A DNA stretch of 64,000 nt, from assembly GCA_038087875.1 (NCBI GenBank), contig CM075998.1:5272001-5336000 (forward strand), written 5' to 3'. Numbering within the stretch: position 1 is the stretch's first letter; the number at the start of each line of letters is the position of its first letter. The translations under genes were made by a program, and so were the position numbers. This stretch comes from Malacoraja senta (taxonomy: Eukaryota). The notes under the pieces are model-generated. The model was not told where the DNA came from. It did no database searches and saw nothing but the letters and a program-made list of their open reading frames with translations. Below are positions 37,428 to 49,432 of the stretch, piece after piece.

Positions 37428-37833
37428 TAGAGTTCAGTTCAGTTTAGTGACACAGCATGGAAACAGCCCTTTAGCCCTTTACACCCATTCTAAGTTATTC
37501 CAGTTTTGCATCCTACATACTCGGGGCAATTTACAGTCATCCCGCCCAATTAAAAATCAAAGGATATAAAAGTCAAGCAATTGCATGATCTACGAATTAA
37601 AACAAATCTATTGACAAGTAACTCACAAGTAACACATCACTAACTCAATCGATTGTGGATAATGTCGAACTTGAAATTACCCGATTCAAAACTACAGGCT
37701 TGAAATTTAGTCTTTAACCAACTAAATGGTCTGATCCCTCAAAATAAATCCCTGGATATCTACTGTTTAATTTGTAAATCAAAGTTTAGTTTAGTTTATT
37801 GTCACACGTACTGAGGGACAGTGAAAAGCTTTT

Positions 37834-37943
37834 GATGACACCACTGTTGTCGAATTACAGATGGTGATGAGTCAGAGTATAGAAATGAGATCGACCGATT
37901 GACCAAATGGTGCCAGCACAACAACCTGGCTCTCAACATCAGT
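37834..37943 (+). mobile_element. Rex1/Babar RT fragment
   Basis: DDTTVV..ITDGDESEYRNEIDRLTKWCQHNNLALNIS. Confidence 0.75.
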
Positions 37944-37944
37944 G

Positions 37945-38655
37945 GACAATAGATATTAGACAATAGACAATAGGTGCAGGAGTAGGCCATTCAGCCCTTC
38001 GAGCCACCACCGCCATTCAATGTGATCATGGCTGATCATCCCCAATCAGTACCCCATTCCTGCCTTCTCCCCATATCCCCTGACTCTGCTATTTTTAAGA
38101 GCCCTATCTAGTTCTCTCTTGAAAGCATCCAGAGAACCTGCCTCCACCGCCCTCTGGCAGAGAATTCCACAGACTCACCACTCTGTGTGAGAAAAAGTGT
38201 TTCCTCGTCTCCGTTCTAAATGGCTTACTCCTTATTCTTAAACTGTGGCCCCTGGTTCTGGACTCCCCCAACATCGGGAACATGTTTCCTGTCTCTAGCG
38301 TGTCCAAACCCTTAACAATCTTATATGTTTCAATGAGATTCCCCTCTCATCCTTCTAAACTCCAGAGTGTACAAGCCCAGCTGCTCCATTCTCTCAGCAT
38401 ATGGTAGGGGAAGGATGAGGTCCCACAATCCTGTTTACATCAATGGGATGATGGTGGAGGAGAGTCAAAAACTCTCATAATGTTATACACTTCTATCAGG
38501 TCTCCCCTCAACCTCTGACGTTCCAGAGAAAACAATCCAAGTCTGTCCAGCCTCTCCCTGTAGCTGAAACCCTCTAATCCAGGCAGCGTTCTGGTAAACC
38601 ACCTCTGCACCCTCTCCAAAGCCCCCCACATCCTCCCTGTGATGGGGGCGACCAT
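37945..38655 (-). mobile_element. Two CR1 3' fragments
   Basis: GESRTRGHSLRIRSKPFRTE; LERVQRWFTRTLPGLEG. Confidence 0.9.
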
Positions 38656-39618
38656 ACACTGCTAATAAGAGTAAATTAAGTCCAGCCCCACTTCAAGTTG
38701 TGAAGGGATCGCAAACTCAGCCCCAAAGCAGTGTAAATCAAAAGTGACCTGCGCCACAGGAAGCAAGTCTTGCTCATGTTGCTTTAAGAAAGCGGGTCAA
38801 ATGGGGTCTGACTGCTCAAAAGGTGAACACTGAGCTCCCCTGTGTTGCTAGAATCTGCTCAGTGCACAAGTTGAATACACATCACAAAGGGAGGAGGACT
38901 TGCATGGGCCACAGTATTTCTCGTAGCAATGGGGTCCCGCTGTGCAGTGTCGAGAGTGACCACCGAGATCGAAGGGGGGACTTGATGGTGGAGGGGGGCA
39001 CCAATATCAATGGGGGGTTCAGGGGGGGGGGCGCCGAGAATGAAAGGGGGGCCACTTGCTGCCACGTGCGGCGGCAGGCAGAACATAGGACGGTTCGGTG
39101 AACTTTTGTAACTGTGTACTGCCCAGGTGAGGTCTGCTGTATGATTTTATTGGGCTGGTTGCAAAACAAAGCATTTCACTGTACCTCAGTACATGTGATG
39201 TATTCAAGAGAGAGTTATGTTTAGCTCTCAGGGCTAACGGAATCAAGGGATATGGGGAGAAAGCAGGAACGGGGTACTGATTGTGGATGATCAGCCATGA
39301 TCACAATGAATGGCGGTGCTGGCTCGAAGGGCCGAATAGCCCTCATCCTGCACCTATTGTCTATTGTCTCTATGTTTCTAGGTGACAATAAGGTAACATT
39401 AAATCATTGAATTGAATGAATTGAGTTAAAGCATTTTGCACAACTGGTCACGAGGGAAAGTGGCCACAATGCAATATTGTTACATGCTGTCTGTATTGAC
39501 GGTTCCAGGCAGGTATTTTTGGAGGCAACACTTCCACTTCAAGAGCTTTTGTTGATGTAATCATTTTGACAGATGAAGCATATTTTCAGATTCTATCAGT
39601 AAGTTTGTGAGCACAAGA

Positions 39619-39925
39619 AGCGCAGCGGGTAGAGCTGCTGCCTCACAGCGCCAGAGACCCGGGTTCGATCCTGACTACGGGTGCTGTCTTTGTGGAGTTT
39701 GCACACTGTGACCTGCGCGGGCTTTCTCCAGGGTGCTCCGGTTCCCTCCCACATCCCAAAGACGTGCGGGTTTGTGGGTTGATCTGCCCTCTGTAAGTTG
39801 CCCCCTAGTGTGCAGGGAGTGGATGAGAAAGTGGGATAACATAGAACTAGTGTGTGAACAGGTGATCGATGGTCGGCACGGACTCGGTGGGCCGAAGGGC
39901 CTGTTTCTATGCTGTATTTTTCAAT
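39619..39925 (+). mobile_element. V-SINE
   Basis: Head, core, tail. Confidence 0.88.
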
Positions 39926-40087
39926 CAATCAACCAATTTAAAGGCAATGAATTCAAACGACCTGGAAATACAGATCAGACTGCGCTGGAAGGGAATGAAA
40001 GTCCAAGGCTTTAAACATCAATATACTGAGATACTTTTCACGATGCCCTCAACATCATTGAATCTAGAAGTAGAAATTAAATCTACT

Positions 40088-40410
40088 TTAGTTTAGTTTA
40101 GTTTAGTTTAGAGATACAGCGTAGAAACAGGCCCTTCGGCCCACCGAGTCCGCGCCGACCAGCGATCCCCACACACTAACACTACCCGACACACACTAGG
40201 GACGACTTTACATTTGTACCATAACCAATTAACCTACAAACCCGCACGTCTTTGGAGTGTGTGGGAGGAAACCGGAGCTCCCGGAGGAAACCCACGCGGG
40301 TCACGGGGAGAACGTGCAAACTCCGTACAGGCAGCACCCGTAGTCAGGATGGAACCCGGGTCTCTGGCGCTGTGAGGCAGCAACTCTACCGCTGCGCCAC
40401 CGTGCCACCG
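40088..40410 (-). mobile_element. V-SINE, full length
   Basis: (tttag)n tail, core, head. Confidence 0.92.
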
Positions 40411-40482
40411 AGAACTGTACGTGTAGAGGCAAGATCCCCACATAACTTGCTTTATATCTCGCAACTCTCAGATCCAAGGTTA

Positions 40483-40695
40483 AGGGCCTGTCCCACTTAG
40501 ACGATTTTCTTTTGGCGACGACCGCAAAATTTTCAACATGTTGAAATATTTTCGGCGATTGTGGCGACAAGTTTTGCTGTCGTAGCTTGTCGTAGGTTGA
40601 CGCAGATGTTGCCTTAGGTTGTCTTAGGTAGGTGAATTCCATTAAAACTAGTCTCTGGCAGTCGCCTAAAGAGTCGCCTAAGTGGGACAGGCCCA
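40483..40695. mobile_element. MITE (Harbinger-like), TTA TSD
   Basis: tta|agggcctgtcccacttag...ctaagtgggacaggccca|tta. Confidence 0.85.
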
Positions 40696-40919
40696 TTACA
40701 CTGTATTTGTGCTTACACCCATATATAATGTTTATCAGGTAAAATACCAGTCGCTCCCACTGGAGATATCCATTCCCCAACGATTTTATTCAAGGGAGCT
40801 TATATTAAATGTTCTGATTTTTCATAAAGCCAGCTGAAAGAAAGAAGAAAGTCAAAAAGAAACCTAAAGTCAACTCTTCCGCACAAACCCTCTCAACTCT
40901 ACCTACCTGCATTCACAAT

Positions 40920-41147
40920 AAACCAAAGATAGACACAAAATGCTGGAGTAACTCAACGGGGCAGGCAGCTTCTCTGGAGGAAGGAATGGGTGATGTTTCA
41001 GGTCGAGACCCGAAACTGAAGAAGGGTCTCGACCCAAAACGTCGCCCATTCCTTCTCTCCAGAGATGCTGCCTGTCCCGCCGAGTTACTCCAGCATTTTG
41101 TGCCTATCTTCGGTTTAAACCAGCACCTGCAGTTCCTTCCTTCACAC
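40920..41147. mobile_element. PLE terminal inverted pair
   Basis: Opposed PLE ends joined at their hammerhead motifs. Confidence 0.82.
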
Positions 41148-41334
41148 TAAATCGCTGGATTGACTTTTAAACTCATATTCACTACTAAATTCCTCATTTT
41201 TGTGACCCCTTTAGGGCAGACTATCTCACTGTAGTAGAAACTGCTGATACAGGTTCTTACCAGAGATAGACACACAGTGTCAGGCAGCATCCCTGGAGGA
41301 AAAGGATGCATTCTTCAGACTTATCTTCTTCTGA

Positions 41335-42292
41335 GGTTTACAAGATGATCCCAGGAATGAATGGGTTAACATATGATGAGCGTTCGATGGCACTGGGCCT
41401 GTACTCGCCTGGGCTTAGAAGACCTTATTGAAACATACCGAATAGTGAAAGGCCTGGATAGAGTGGATGTGGAAAGGATGTTTCCACTAGTGGGAGAGTC
41501 TAGGGCCTCAGAATTAAAGGATATTCCTTTATGAAGGAGGAGGAGGAATTTCTTTAGTCAGAGGGAACACATTGCCGCAGAGGCTGTGGAGGCCAAGTCA
41601 ATGGATATTTTCTTGATTAGTACGGGTGTCAGGGGTTACGGGGAGAAGTCAGGAGAATGGGGTTGAGAGGGAAAGATATGATTGAATGGCAGAGTAGACT
41701 TGATGGGCTGAATGGCCTAATTCTGCTTCTATCACATGAGCTTATGACCTAATGAAGAAGGGTCGCAACCCGAAATATCATCCATCCTTGTTCCCCAGGG
41801 TTGCTGTTTGACTCGATCAGTTACTCCAGCACTTTGTGTCTAGCTCACTGTAGTGCCCTACATCTTGGTAAATAGTCGAGTGGTCTGAGAATTGTCTATT
41901 TCTGGTTGGGAGCTGATTAACATTCTTGGTCTGAAGAAGGGTCAAGACCCGAAACATCACTTATCCACATTCTCCAGCGATGCTGCCTGACCCGCAGAGT
42001 ATTTCTTAGAGAACCAGCCTTAGAATTAAAGGGCCCTCTTTTAGAAAGAAGATGAGGAGGAATTCCTTCAGTCAGAGGGTAGTTAATCTGTGGAACTCTT
42101 TGCCACAGACGGCTGTGGAGGCCAAGTCAGTGGATATTTTTAAGGCAGAGATAGACAAATTCTTGATTAAAACGGGTGTCAAGGGTTATGGGGAGAAGGC
42201 AGGAAAATGGGATTGGGAGGCAGAGATCAGCCATGCTTGAATGGCGGAGTGGACTCGATGGGCCGAATGGCCTAATTCTACTACGATAACTT
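41335..42292 (+). mobile_element. CR1 3' fragments (41335-41750, 42013-42292) with PLE pieces
   Basis: MRRNSFSQRVVNLWNSLPQTAVEAK. Confidence 0.8.
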
Positions 42293-42479
42293 GTGTGAAC
42301 GTGTAATAATGAGGTAATGATAATAATAAACGGTAATAATAATAATAATAATAAATATATTTTTAATAAATCAACCATTTCAAAACAATTTGGTGACTGA
42401 TCTTGGGCGATCCAGTTAGTTTCAGGCAGGTAAAGCAGCCCTCTGTTGACTTAGTACAGTTACAAATATTTGTATTGTG

Positions 42480-42768
42480 TAGTTCAGAGATACTGCATGG
42501 AAACAGGCCTATCGGCCCACCGAGTCCGCGCCGACCAGCGATCATCCCGTACACCAGCACTATCCTACACACACTGGGGACAATTTACAATTTACTGAAG
42601 CCAATTAACCTACAAACCTGCACGTCTTTGGAGTGTGGGAGGAAACCGGAGCACCCGGAGAAAACCCACGCAGGTCACGGGGAGAACGTACAAACTCCAC
42701 ACACACAGACAGCACCCGTGGTCAGGATTGAACCTGGGTCTCTGGCGTTGTGAGGCAGCAACTCTACC
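42480..42768 (-). mobile_element. V-SINE
   Basis: Tail, core, head. Confidence 0.9.
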
Positions 42769-42809
42769 TCATGTCGTTGAAAATCATGATATAAAAACAA
42801 TTGTGTCAA

Positions 42810-42810
<1 letters not shown>

Positions 42811-42840
<30 letters not shown>

Positions 42841-42844
42841 TAAA
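42811..42844 (+). mobile_element. Poly(A)-only retroinsertion with 20-bp TSD
   Basis: ataaaaacaattgtgtcaat at 42791-42810 and 42845-42864. Confidence 0.8.
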
Positions 42845-43119
42845 ATAAAAACAATTGTGTCAATCGGGAAAAGGGGGTTAGGGCAAGAGAGTTTCTGACT
42901 TGTAATAACAAAGTCCTTCCTCCTGCTAGATTTTAAAAAGTATTTTTAATGGCTTTAAGTTTATTTTTGTTACTGCAAGCTAATGATACTAAAGGCTACA
43001 TTGTTTAATAGAGTATCATTGCAGAGGTGTTGCCAGAAAAGATCGAGCAGCGGCCGAGCTCTGGCTGTACCGCATCCTGCGCAAAGCCGCCGGCACGGTC
43101 GCGCGCCTTCCGTGAACGT

Positions 43120-43255
43120 GTTTAAGAAAGAACTGCAGATGCTGGAAAAATCGAAGGTAGACAAAAATGCTGGAGAAACTCAGCGGGTGAGACATGCAAG
43201 GATTGCATGAGGCTGCCTCACCCGCTGAGTTTCTCCGGCATTTTTGTCTACCTTC
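43120..43255. mobile_element. PLE terminal fold-back (second subfamily)
   Basis: 39-bp arms 43153-43191 and 43217-43255 with one mismatch. Confidence 0.75.
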
Positions 43256-44216
43256 TGTGAACACGTGATTTGATTCCTGCCATCCGGGGCGTGTTGGGGG
43301 CGGGACCATGTGTACACGTGATAGATGTGGCCTGCCATCCCCTCACAGGCATGTGTCACGGCCCCTATGCAGAACAAGGTTGCCCACCCCTGGGTTAAGT
43401 GAAAAGTCCAATTTTTAAAGTTTTAAACGTGAATAACTTGTAAAATATATCATCAACCTGAACAAAACTTGATACAACACACCACAGGACAATGGTGAGT
43501 AAGGTGGTCCAAACATAGTAGCGCTATCGTGTACTGTTTTGCCATAATTCAGGCCATGAATCACACACGCAGACAAGATGAGAGTTTTAGTAATATAATA
43601 TAGATGAGGCCAAACATTGGCAAATGGGATAAGCTTAGATGGGGCATCTTGGTTGGCATGGACTAGCTTGACTGGACTGATGGCTGTGTTTCCATGCTAT
43701 GTGACTCTATGATACTAAATTATTAATAACATCTTGAGTTGACTCCCTATGTTTGTTGAGATCTGTTGCAATGTCTGTTTAATGGTCTCAGCAAAGGACT
43801 GGGTGCCAGTTCAGAACCTGCAGGAGTGAGGAGACACAAGATCTTGAGCTGCAGTAGATTGTCGGGAGGAACTACAGATGCTGGTTTACACTGAAGATAG
43901 ACACAATATGCTGGAGTAACTCAGCGGGTCAGGCAGCACCTCCGGAGAAAAGGAAAAGATTACCTTTCGGGTCGAGACCCTTCTTCAGACTGAGAGTCAT
44001 GGAGGGGGAAACTAGAGGTATGGGTAGGTACAGAACAGATCAGAGCATGCATCAATGACTCAGAAAAGATGGAGCCCACAATGGTCCTTGTTGGCAGTGC
44101 AACAGGTGATAACGACGGAATACAAACGGTGATATTAGCAAGAGGACGAGGGTAGTGGATGGATGTAGAGAGAAGGAATGCAGGAGTTACTCGAAGTTAG
44201 AGAAATTGAAGTTACC

Positions 44217-44750
44217 TGGTGGCACGGTGGGGCAGCGGTAGAGTTGCTGCCTCACAGCGCCAGAGACCCGGGTTCCATCCTGACTACGGGTGCTGTCTGT
44301 GTGGAGTTTGTACCTTCTCCCTGTGACCTGCGTGGGTTTTCTCCGGAATCTCCGGTTTCCTCCCACACTCCAAAGGCGTGCAGGTTTGTAGGTTAATTGG
44401 CTTGGTATAAGTGTGTGTAAGTTAGTGTTAAGAGCCTGTCCCACTTGGCTATTTTTTCGGCAACTGCCGGCATCATTGAGTGATGTATCAGGTCATCGAA
44501 AAATACGTGGCGTGATGACATATGGCGCGGCGGTGAAGCAGCGTGATGACGTATTGACGCACGGTGTTTTTTCAAGTGGCGCAACATTTTTGTTGTCACC
44601 GCTGAATTGTGAAATGTTCAAAATCTTTTGGCGACACTGATAGGCCGTCGGCAGTCGCCGAAAAAAATCGGCAAGTGGGACAGGCCCTTTAAGTGTGCGG
44701 GGATCGCCGGTCGGCGCGGACCAGGTGAGCCTGTTTCCATGCAGTATCTC
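44217..44750 (+). mobile_element. V-SINE interrupted by a MITE
   Basis: Head and core; tail resumes at 44692. Confidence 0.88.
44431..44688. mobile_element. MITE (Harbinger-like), TTA TSD
   Basis: tta|agagcctgtcccacttg...caagtgggacaggccct|tta. Confidence 0.85.
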
Positions 44751-45431
44751 TGTACTGAAACGAAATCAATATTCATACCGCTGGGTTGTAAGCTGCCCAA
44801 GCGAAATATGAGGTGCTGAACTCCAATATATGGCTGCTTCTTAAAAAATGGGCAAAAGTCACAGTAACACTATCACTCTCCATGCAGGGCATTCTCCGCA
44901 AAACCTGAGATTTTTCTGATCAGGTTTCAGCCCAACATCTATCAGTAATCAGCTTTTCATGCATATCACCCTGTTACTGACTAATCTGATCCAGCCCTTT
45001 GACGAGCAAAGCCATTAGTTGCACATGTTATCATCAGGGTCACTGCTGACATTTCAAGTTTGTTTCATTGAAGATGAAGAAGGTTCACGTTTGCTGACCT
45101 GCCAAACCCCCACACCAGTGTGGGTGGGAACTGCAGATGCTGGTTTACACTGAAGATAGACACAAAATGCTGGAGTAACTCAGCGGGACAGGCAGCATCT
45201 CTGGAGAGAAGGAATGGGTGACGTTTCTGGTCGAGACCCTTCTTCAGAAGCAGGGCCTCGACCTGAAACGCCATCCAAACCTTTCCATCCAGTGGCACAG
45301 CGGCACAGCGCCAGAGACCCGCGTTCGATCCTGCCCCCTGGTGGTGTCTGTGCAGAGTTTCCACATTCTTCAAGATTCAAGATTCAATTTAATTGTCACA
45401 TGTACCAATTAAGGTAGAGTGACATTCCTGT

Positions 45432-45725
45432 AGACTTTAGAGACACACCCGGAAACAGGCCCTTCGGCCCACCGACCAACGCTCACCCCATTAACTAGCA
45501 CTATCCTACACACTAGGGGCAATTATATTTTTACTGAAGCCAATTAACTTACAAATCTGCACGTCTCTTCGGAGTGTGGGAGGAAACCGGAGCACCCGGA
45601 GAAAACCCACGCAGGTCACGCGGAGAACGTGCAAACTCCGTACAGACAGCACCCGTAGTCAGGATGGAACCCGGGTTTCTGGCGCAGTGAGGCAGCAACT
45701 CTACCGCTGCGCCACCATGATGCCC
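45432..45725 (-). mobile_element. V-SINE
   Basis: Tail, core, head. Confidence 0.88.
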
Positions 45726-45944
45726 ATGTTCATCCTGATGCTCTGGATTCCACCCACACCCCAAAGACGTGAGGAATACAAACGGTGATATTAGCAAGAG
45801 GACGAGGGTAGTGGATGGATGTAGAGAGAAGGAATGCAGGAGTTACTCGAAGTTAGAGAAATTGAAGTTACCTGGTGGCACGGTGGGGCAGCGGTAGAGT
45901 TGGTGCCTCACAGCGCCAGAGACCCGGTTTGTAGGTTATTTGGC

Positions 45945-46367
45945 TGCTCCCTCTCCCCTGACTGTCAGTCTGAAGAAGGGTCTCGACCCGAAACGTCACC
46001 CATTCCTTTCTCTCCAGAGATGCTGCCTGACCCGCTGAGTTACTCCAGCATTTTGTGTCTGTCTTCGGTGTAAACCAGCATCTGCAGTTCCTGCCTACAC
46101 ACTGGTTTCACTGTCCTCCTGATTAACTTTGCTGATAGTATGCCCCGCTTTCACCTTCCCCTCAGCTAACAATGATCCATTCTACATTTTCCTTGATCAT
46201 CGTCTGCTTTGATCTGTCGTTTTCACACCAAACTCTTCCACATATCTCTAGTCTCCCTCTCCCGACTCTCAGTCTGAAGAAGGGTCTCGACCCGAAACCT
46301 CACCCATTCCTTCTCTCCAGAGATGCTGCCGGACCCGCTGAGTTACTCCAGCATTTTGTGTCTATCC
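45945..46367 (+). mobile_element. Tandem PLE terminal repeats inserted in a V-SINE core
   Basis: Two direct copies, each with ctgaagaagggtctcgacccgaaac. Confidence 0.82.
45970..45997 (+). ncRNA. Minimal PLE-type hammerhead ribozyme motif
   Basis: ctgaaga a gggtctcgaccc gaaa c gtc. Confidence 0.6.
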
Positions 46368-46584
46368 CAGGTTTTGTAGGTTAATTGGTTTCTGTAAAAA
46401 ATTGTGAATTGTCCCTAGTGTGTGTAGGATAGTGCTAGTGTACGGGGATCACTGGTCGGTGTGGATTCGGTGTGCTGAAGGGCCTGTTTCCGTGCTGTAA
46501 AAAAAATAATTAAAAAAAAATGGCGAGGCCCTCTCCAGTCGCCGTCGTGGCAGCTCCGCGAAAACTGTGCGTATTTTTTACTTT

Positions 46585-46760
46585 AACTCCAGAGCCAATA
46601 AGATCATGGGGGACCCCTTCCACCCCAGCAACGGACTGTTCCAGCTGCTATGGTCAGGCAAACGCCTCCGTTGCCATGCTGTGAGAACGGAGAGGATGAG
46701 AAGGAGTTTCTTCCCAGAGGCCATCAGGACTGTAAACTCCTATCTCTCCAGGGACTAACT
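46585..46760 (+). mobile_element. Rex1/Babar 3' fragment
   Basis: RANKIMGDPFHPSNGLFQLLWSGKRLR...RRSFFPEAIR. Confidence 0.75.
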
Positions 46761-47662
46761 TTACTGAACCAATTTACTGTCACGGGGAGAACGTACAAAC
46801 TCCGTACAGACAGCACCCGTAGTCGGGATCGAACCCGGGTCTCCGGCGCTGCAAGCGCTGTACAGCTGCAACACTACCGCTGCGCCACCGTGGTATGAAA
46901 AGACACAGGACAAATCAGAGCCGGCACCGATGGCCAAAGAGCCCACAATGGTCCATTGTTGGCTGTAGGGGAGGTGTTAACGAGGGGATATGAACAGTGA
47001 AACTAGCAGGATGACTAGGGTGGGGGAGGGAGGGGGAAAGAGGGAATGCAAGTGTTACTGGAAATGAGAGAGATCAATATTCACTCACCCCACTGCTGTT
47101 ACAGGTCCGGTACGATTGTGGAAATGACTAGCATTGCATACCATACAGAAGGTATGCAAAGAGTGGCCATGTAAAGGGCACCAACAAAGTTAGTGGTCCC
47201 AATGGTCCCACTTTGTTCTCTCGGCCGCCCCCCACACCGGGTCCGTCTTTCTTCTCAGCGTGTCCTCGACCGACCTCTGGCACCCACCGCGGGCGGGCCC
47301 TCAATTACAAATTAAATCAGCATCTGCAGTTCCTTCCTACACATTTTGTCCTACAGTACATATTTTGCAAAACTGTCTTTCATTCAGATTACACAGTAAT
47401 ACTGCTGAACCTATTCAGATAATAGTGTATCCTTCTTGCGAGCAAGGTAGATAAAAAATGCTGGAGTAACTCAGCGGGTGAGGCAGCATCTATGGAGCGA
47501 AGGAATAGGTGACGTTTCGGGCCGAGACCCTTCTTCAGGCTATGCTTGAGGTTTGAAGCTCTTGGCCTCTCAGTTCCATTGAGTACAGGATCAGGCCCTT
47601 CGGCCCACAATGTCTGCGCAGACCACACTATCTATCCCAACTAATCCCAACATGATCTATAT

Positions 47663-48282
47663 CCCTCACTTGCACCTCCTCCAACCTCATCTACTGTATC
47701 CGTTGTTCAAATGTGGATTCTTATACATCGGCGGGACCAATCGTAGACTGGGAGATCATTTCACTGAACACCTCCACTCAGCCCGCCTGAACTAATCTGA
47801 TCTCCTGGTTGCTAATCACTTTAATTCTCCTTCCCATTCCCACACTGACCTTTCTGTCCTAGGTCTCCTCCATTGTCAGAGTGAGGCTAAACGCAAATTG
47901 GAGGAACAGCGTCTCATATTTCGCTTGGGCAGCTTACAGCCCAGTGGTATGAATATTGATTTCTCTAACTTCCAGTATCCCCGGCATTCCCTCTCTCCAT
48001 CCCTCCCCCACCCAAGTCGCACCAGCTTATTGTTTTCACCCAACAAACAGCTAACAATGGCCTGTTTCCTTTATTATCGTTACTTTTTTCATTGTTCTTT
48101 ATCTTTCCACATCACCGTCTATATCTCTCGTTTCCCTTTCCCCTGACCAGTCTGAAGAAGGGTCTCGACCCGAAACGTCACCCATTCCTTCTCTCCAGAG
48201 ATGCTGCCTGTCCCGCTGAGTTACTCCAGCATTTTGTGTCTATCTTTGGTTTAAACCAGCGTCTGCAGTTCCTTCCTGCACA
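47663..48282 (+). mobile_element. PLE 3' fragment: GIY-YIG endonuclease and terminus
   Basis: CTSSNLIYCIRC..CGFLYIGGTNRRLGDHFTEH...VANHFN...KLEEQRLIFRLGSLQPSGMNIDF (frameshift and stop). Confidence 0.92.
48152..48179 (+). ncRNA. Minimal PLE-type hammerhead ribozyme motif
   Basis: CUGAAGA (48152-58), stem II GGGU/ACCC, GAAA, palindromic ACGU, GUC (48177-79), downstream of GIY-YIG ORF. Confidence 0.65.
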
Positions 48283-48842
48283 TGATCTCTGTCCCTCTAT
48301 TCTCTGCCTGTTCGTGTGTCTTCTGAATTCTTCTTAAACATCACTATCTTATCTGAATCTCCCAACACTCTGTGTAAAAAGTACTTGTCCCACACATCTC
48401 CATTAAACTTTTCCCCTCTCACCTTAACCCTACACCCTCTAGTTTATAACCTTTCCAAAATGAAGGCTCTCGCTGTCCAACCCACTCGTGGATGCGTTAT
48501 TGCTGCCAACTTTGCTGTGGCTTTTGTGCCCATTCGTGGTCTCCTCTTCGGAGGTCTTTAAAGACATATTGAAGATTATAAGGTTTTAACAGTCGCGGAA
48601 CTAACCACAAAATCAACTCTGATTAAAACCAAATGCTGAAAGAGACAGTTTAACAGCCAGCACAGCAAGAATAAACAGTGCACAACCATTTATCAAATGT
48701 CCAACATAATTTACAATGGAACCATCAAATGAAAACTTGTCAGAGAAAATACAGGGGACAGTTTAACATAAATATGAGTTACCTCAAAAATATGATCAGT
48801 ATTTGGGAGTGTACAAATTTCCTGCCTCAAACTCACATTTAA

Positions 48843-48938
48843 ATCTGAAGAAGGGTTTTGGCCCGAAACTTTGCCTATTTCCTTCGCTCCATAGATGCTG
48901 CCTCACCCGCTGAGTTTCTCCAGCACTTTTGTCCACCT
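48843..48938 (+). mobile_element. PLE terminus, second subfamily (source type of the fold-back cassette)
   Basis: ctgaagaagggttttggcccgaaactttgcctatttccttcgctccatagatgctgc. Confidence 0.8.
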
Positions 48939-49016
48939 TTAAATTTGGATATGTAGGTTTGTTCTTTCTCAATGGTTCGACGGTTCAGTCATACTTTATT
49001 GTCACATGTACTTAGC

Positions 49017-49432
49017 TAAGAGATACAGCGTGGAAACAGGCCCTTTGGCCCACCGAGTCCATGCCGACCCCGTACACCAGTTCTATCCCACACACTAGGG
49101 ACAATTTACTGAAGCCAATTCACGCAGGTCACGGGGAGAACGTGCAAACTCCATATAGACAGCACCCGTAGCCGGGATTGTACCCGGGTCTCTGGCGCTG
49201 TGAGGCGGCATAATCTTCAATATGTCTTTAAAGACCTCCAAAGAGGAGATCACGAATGGTCACAAAAGCCACAGCAAAGTTGGCAGCAATAACGTATCCA
49301 TGAGTGAGTTGGACAGCGAGAGCCTTCATTTTGGAAGGTTATAAACTAGAGGGTGTAAGGTTAAGGTGAGAGGGGAAAAGTTTAATGGAGATGTGTGGGA
49401 CAAGTATTTTTTGCACTCTACCACTGTGCCGA
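49017..49432 (-). mobile_element. V-SINE split by an inverted local duplication
   Basis: gtgaggcggca|...|ctctaccactgtgcc. Confidence 0.8.

Larger units (their letters stand above)
43860..44820 (-). mobile_element. PLE 3' fragment hosting a SINE that hosts a MITE
   Basis: Terminus and hammerhead at 43860-43990; QHLIFRLGSLQPSGMNIDF at 44760-44818. Confidence 0.8.

Noticed and set aside
43378..43392. hAT-like TIR ggttgcccacccctg
   Set aside because: No partner TIR or 8-bp TSD found.
43400..43605. Possible Helentron-like end (...ttttagtaatatatatagat)
   Set aside because: Only a vague terminal resemblance; no hairpin or other end identified.
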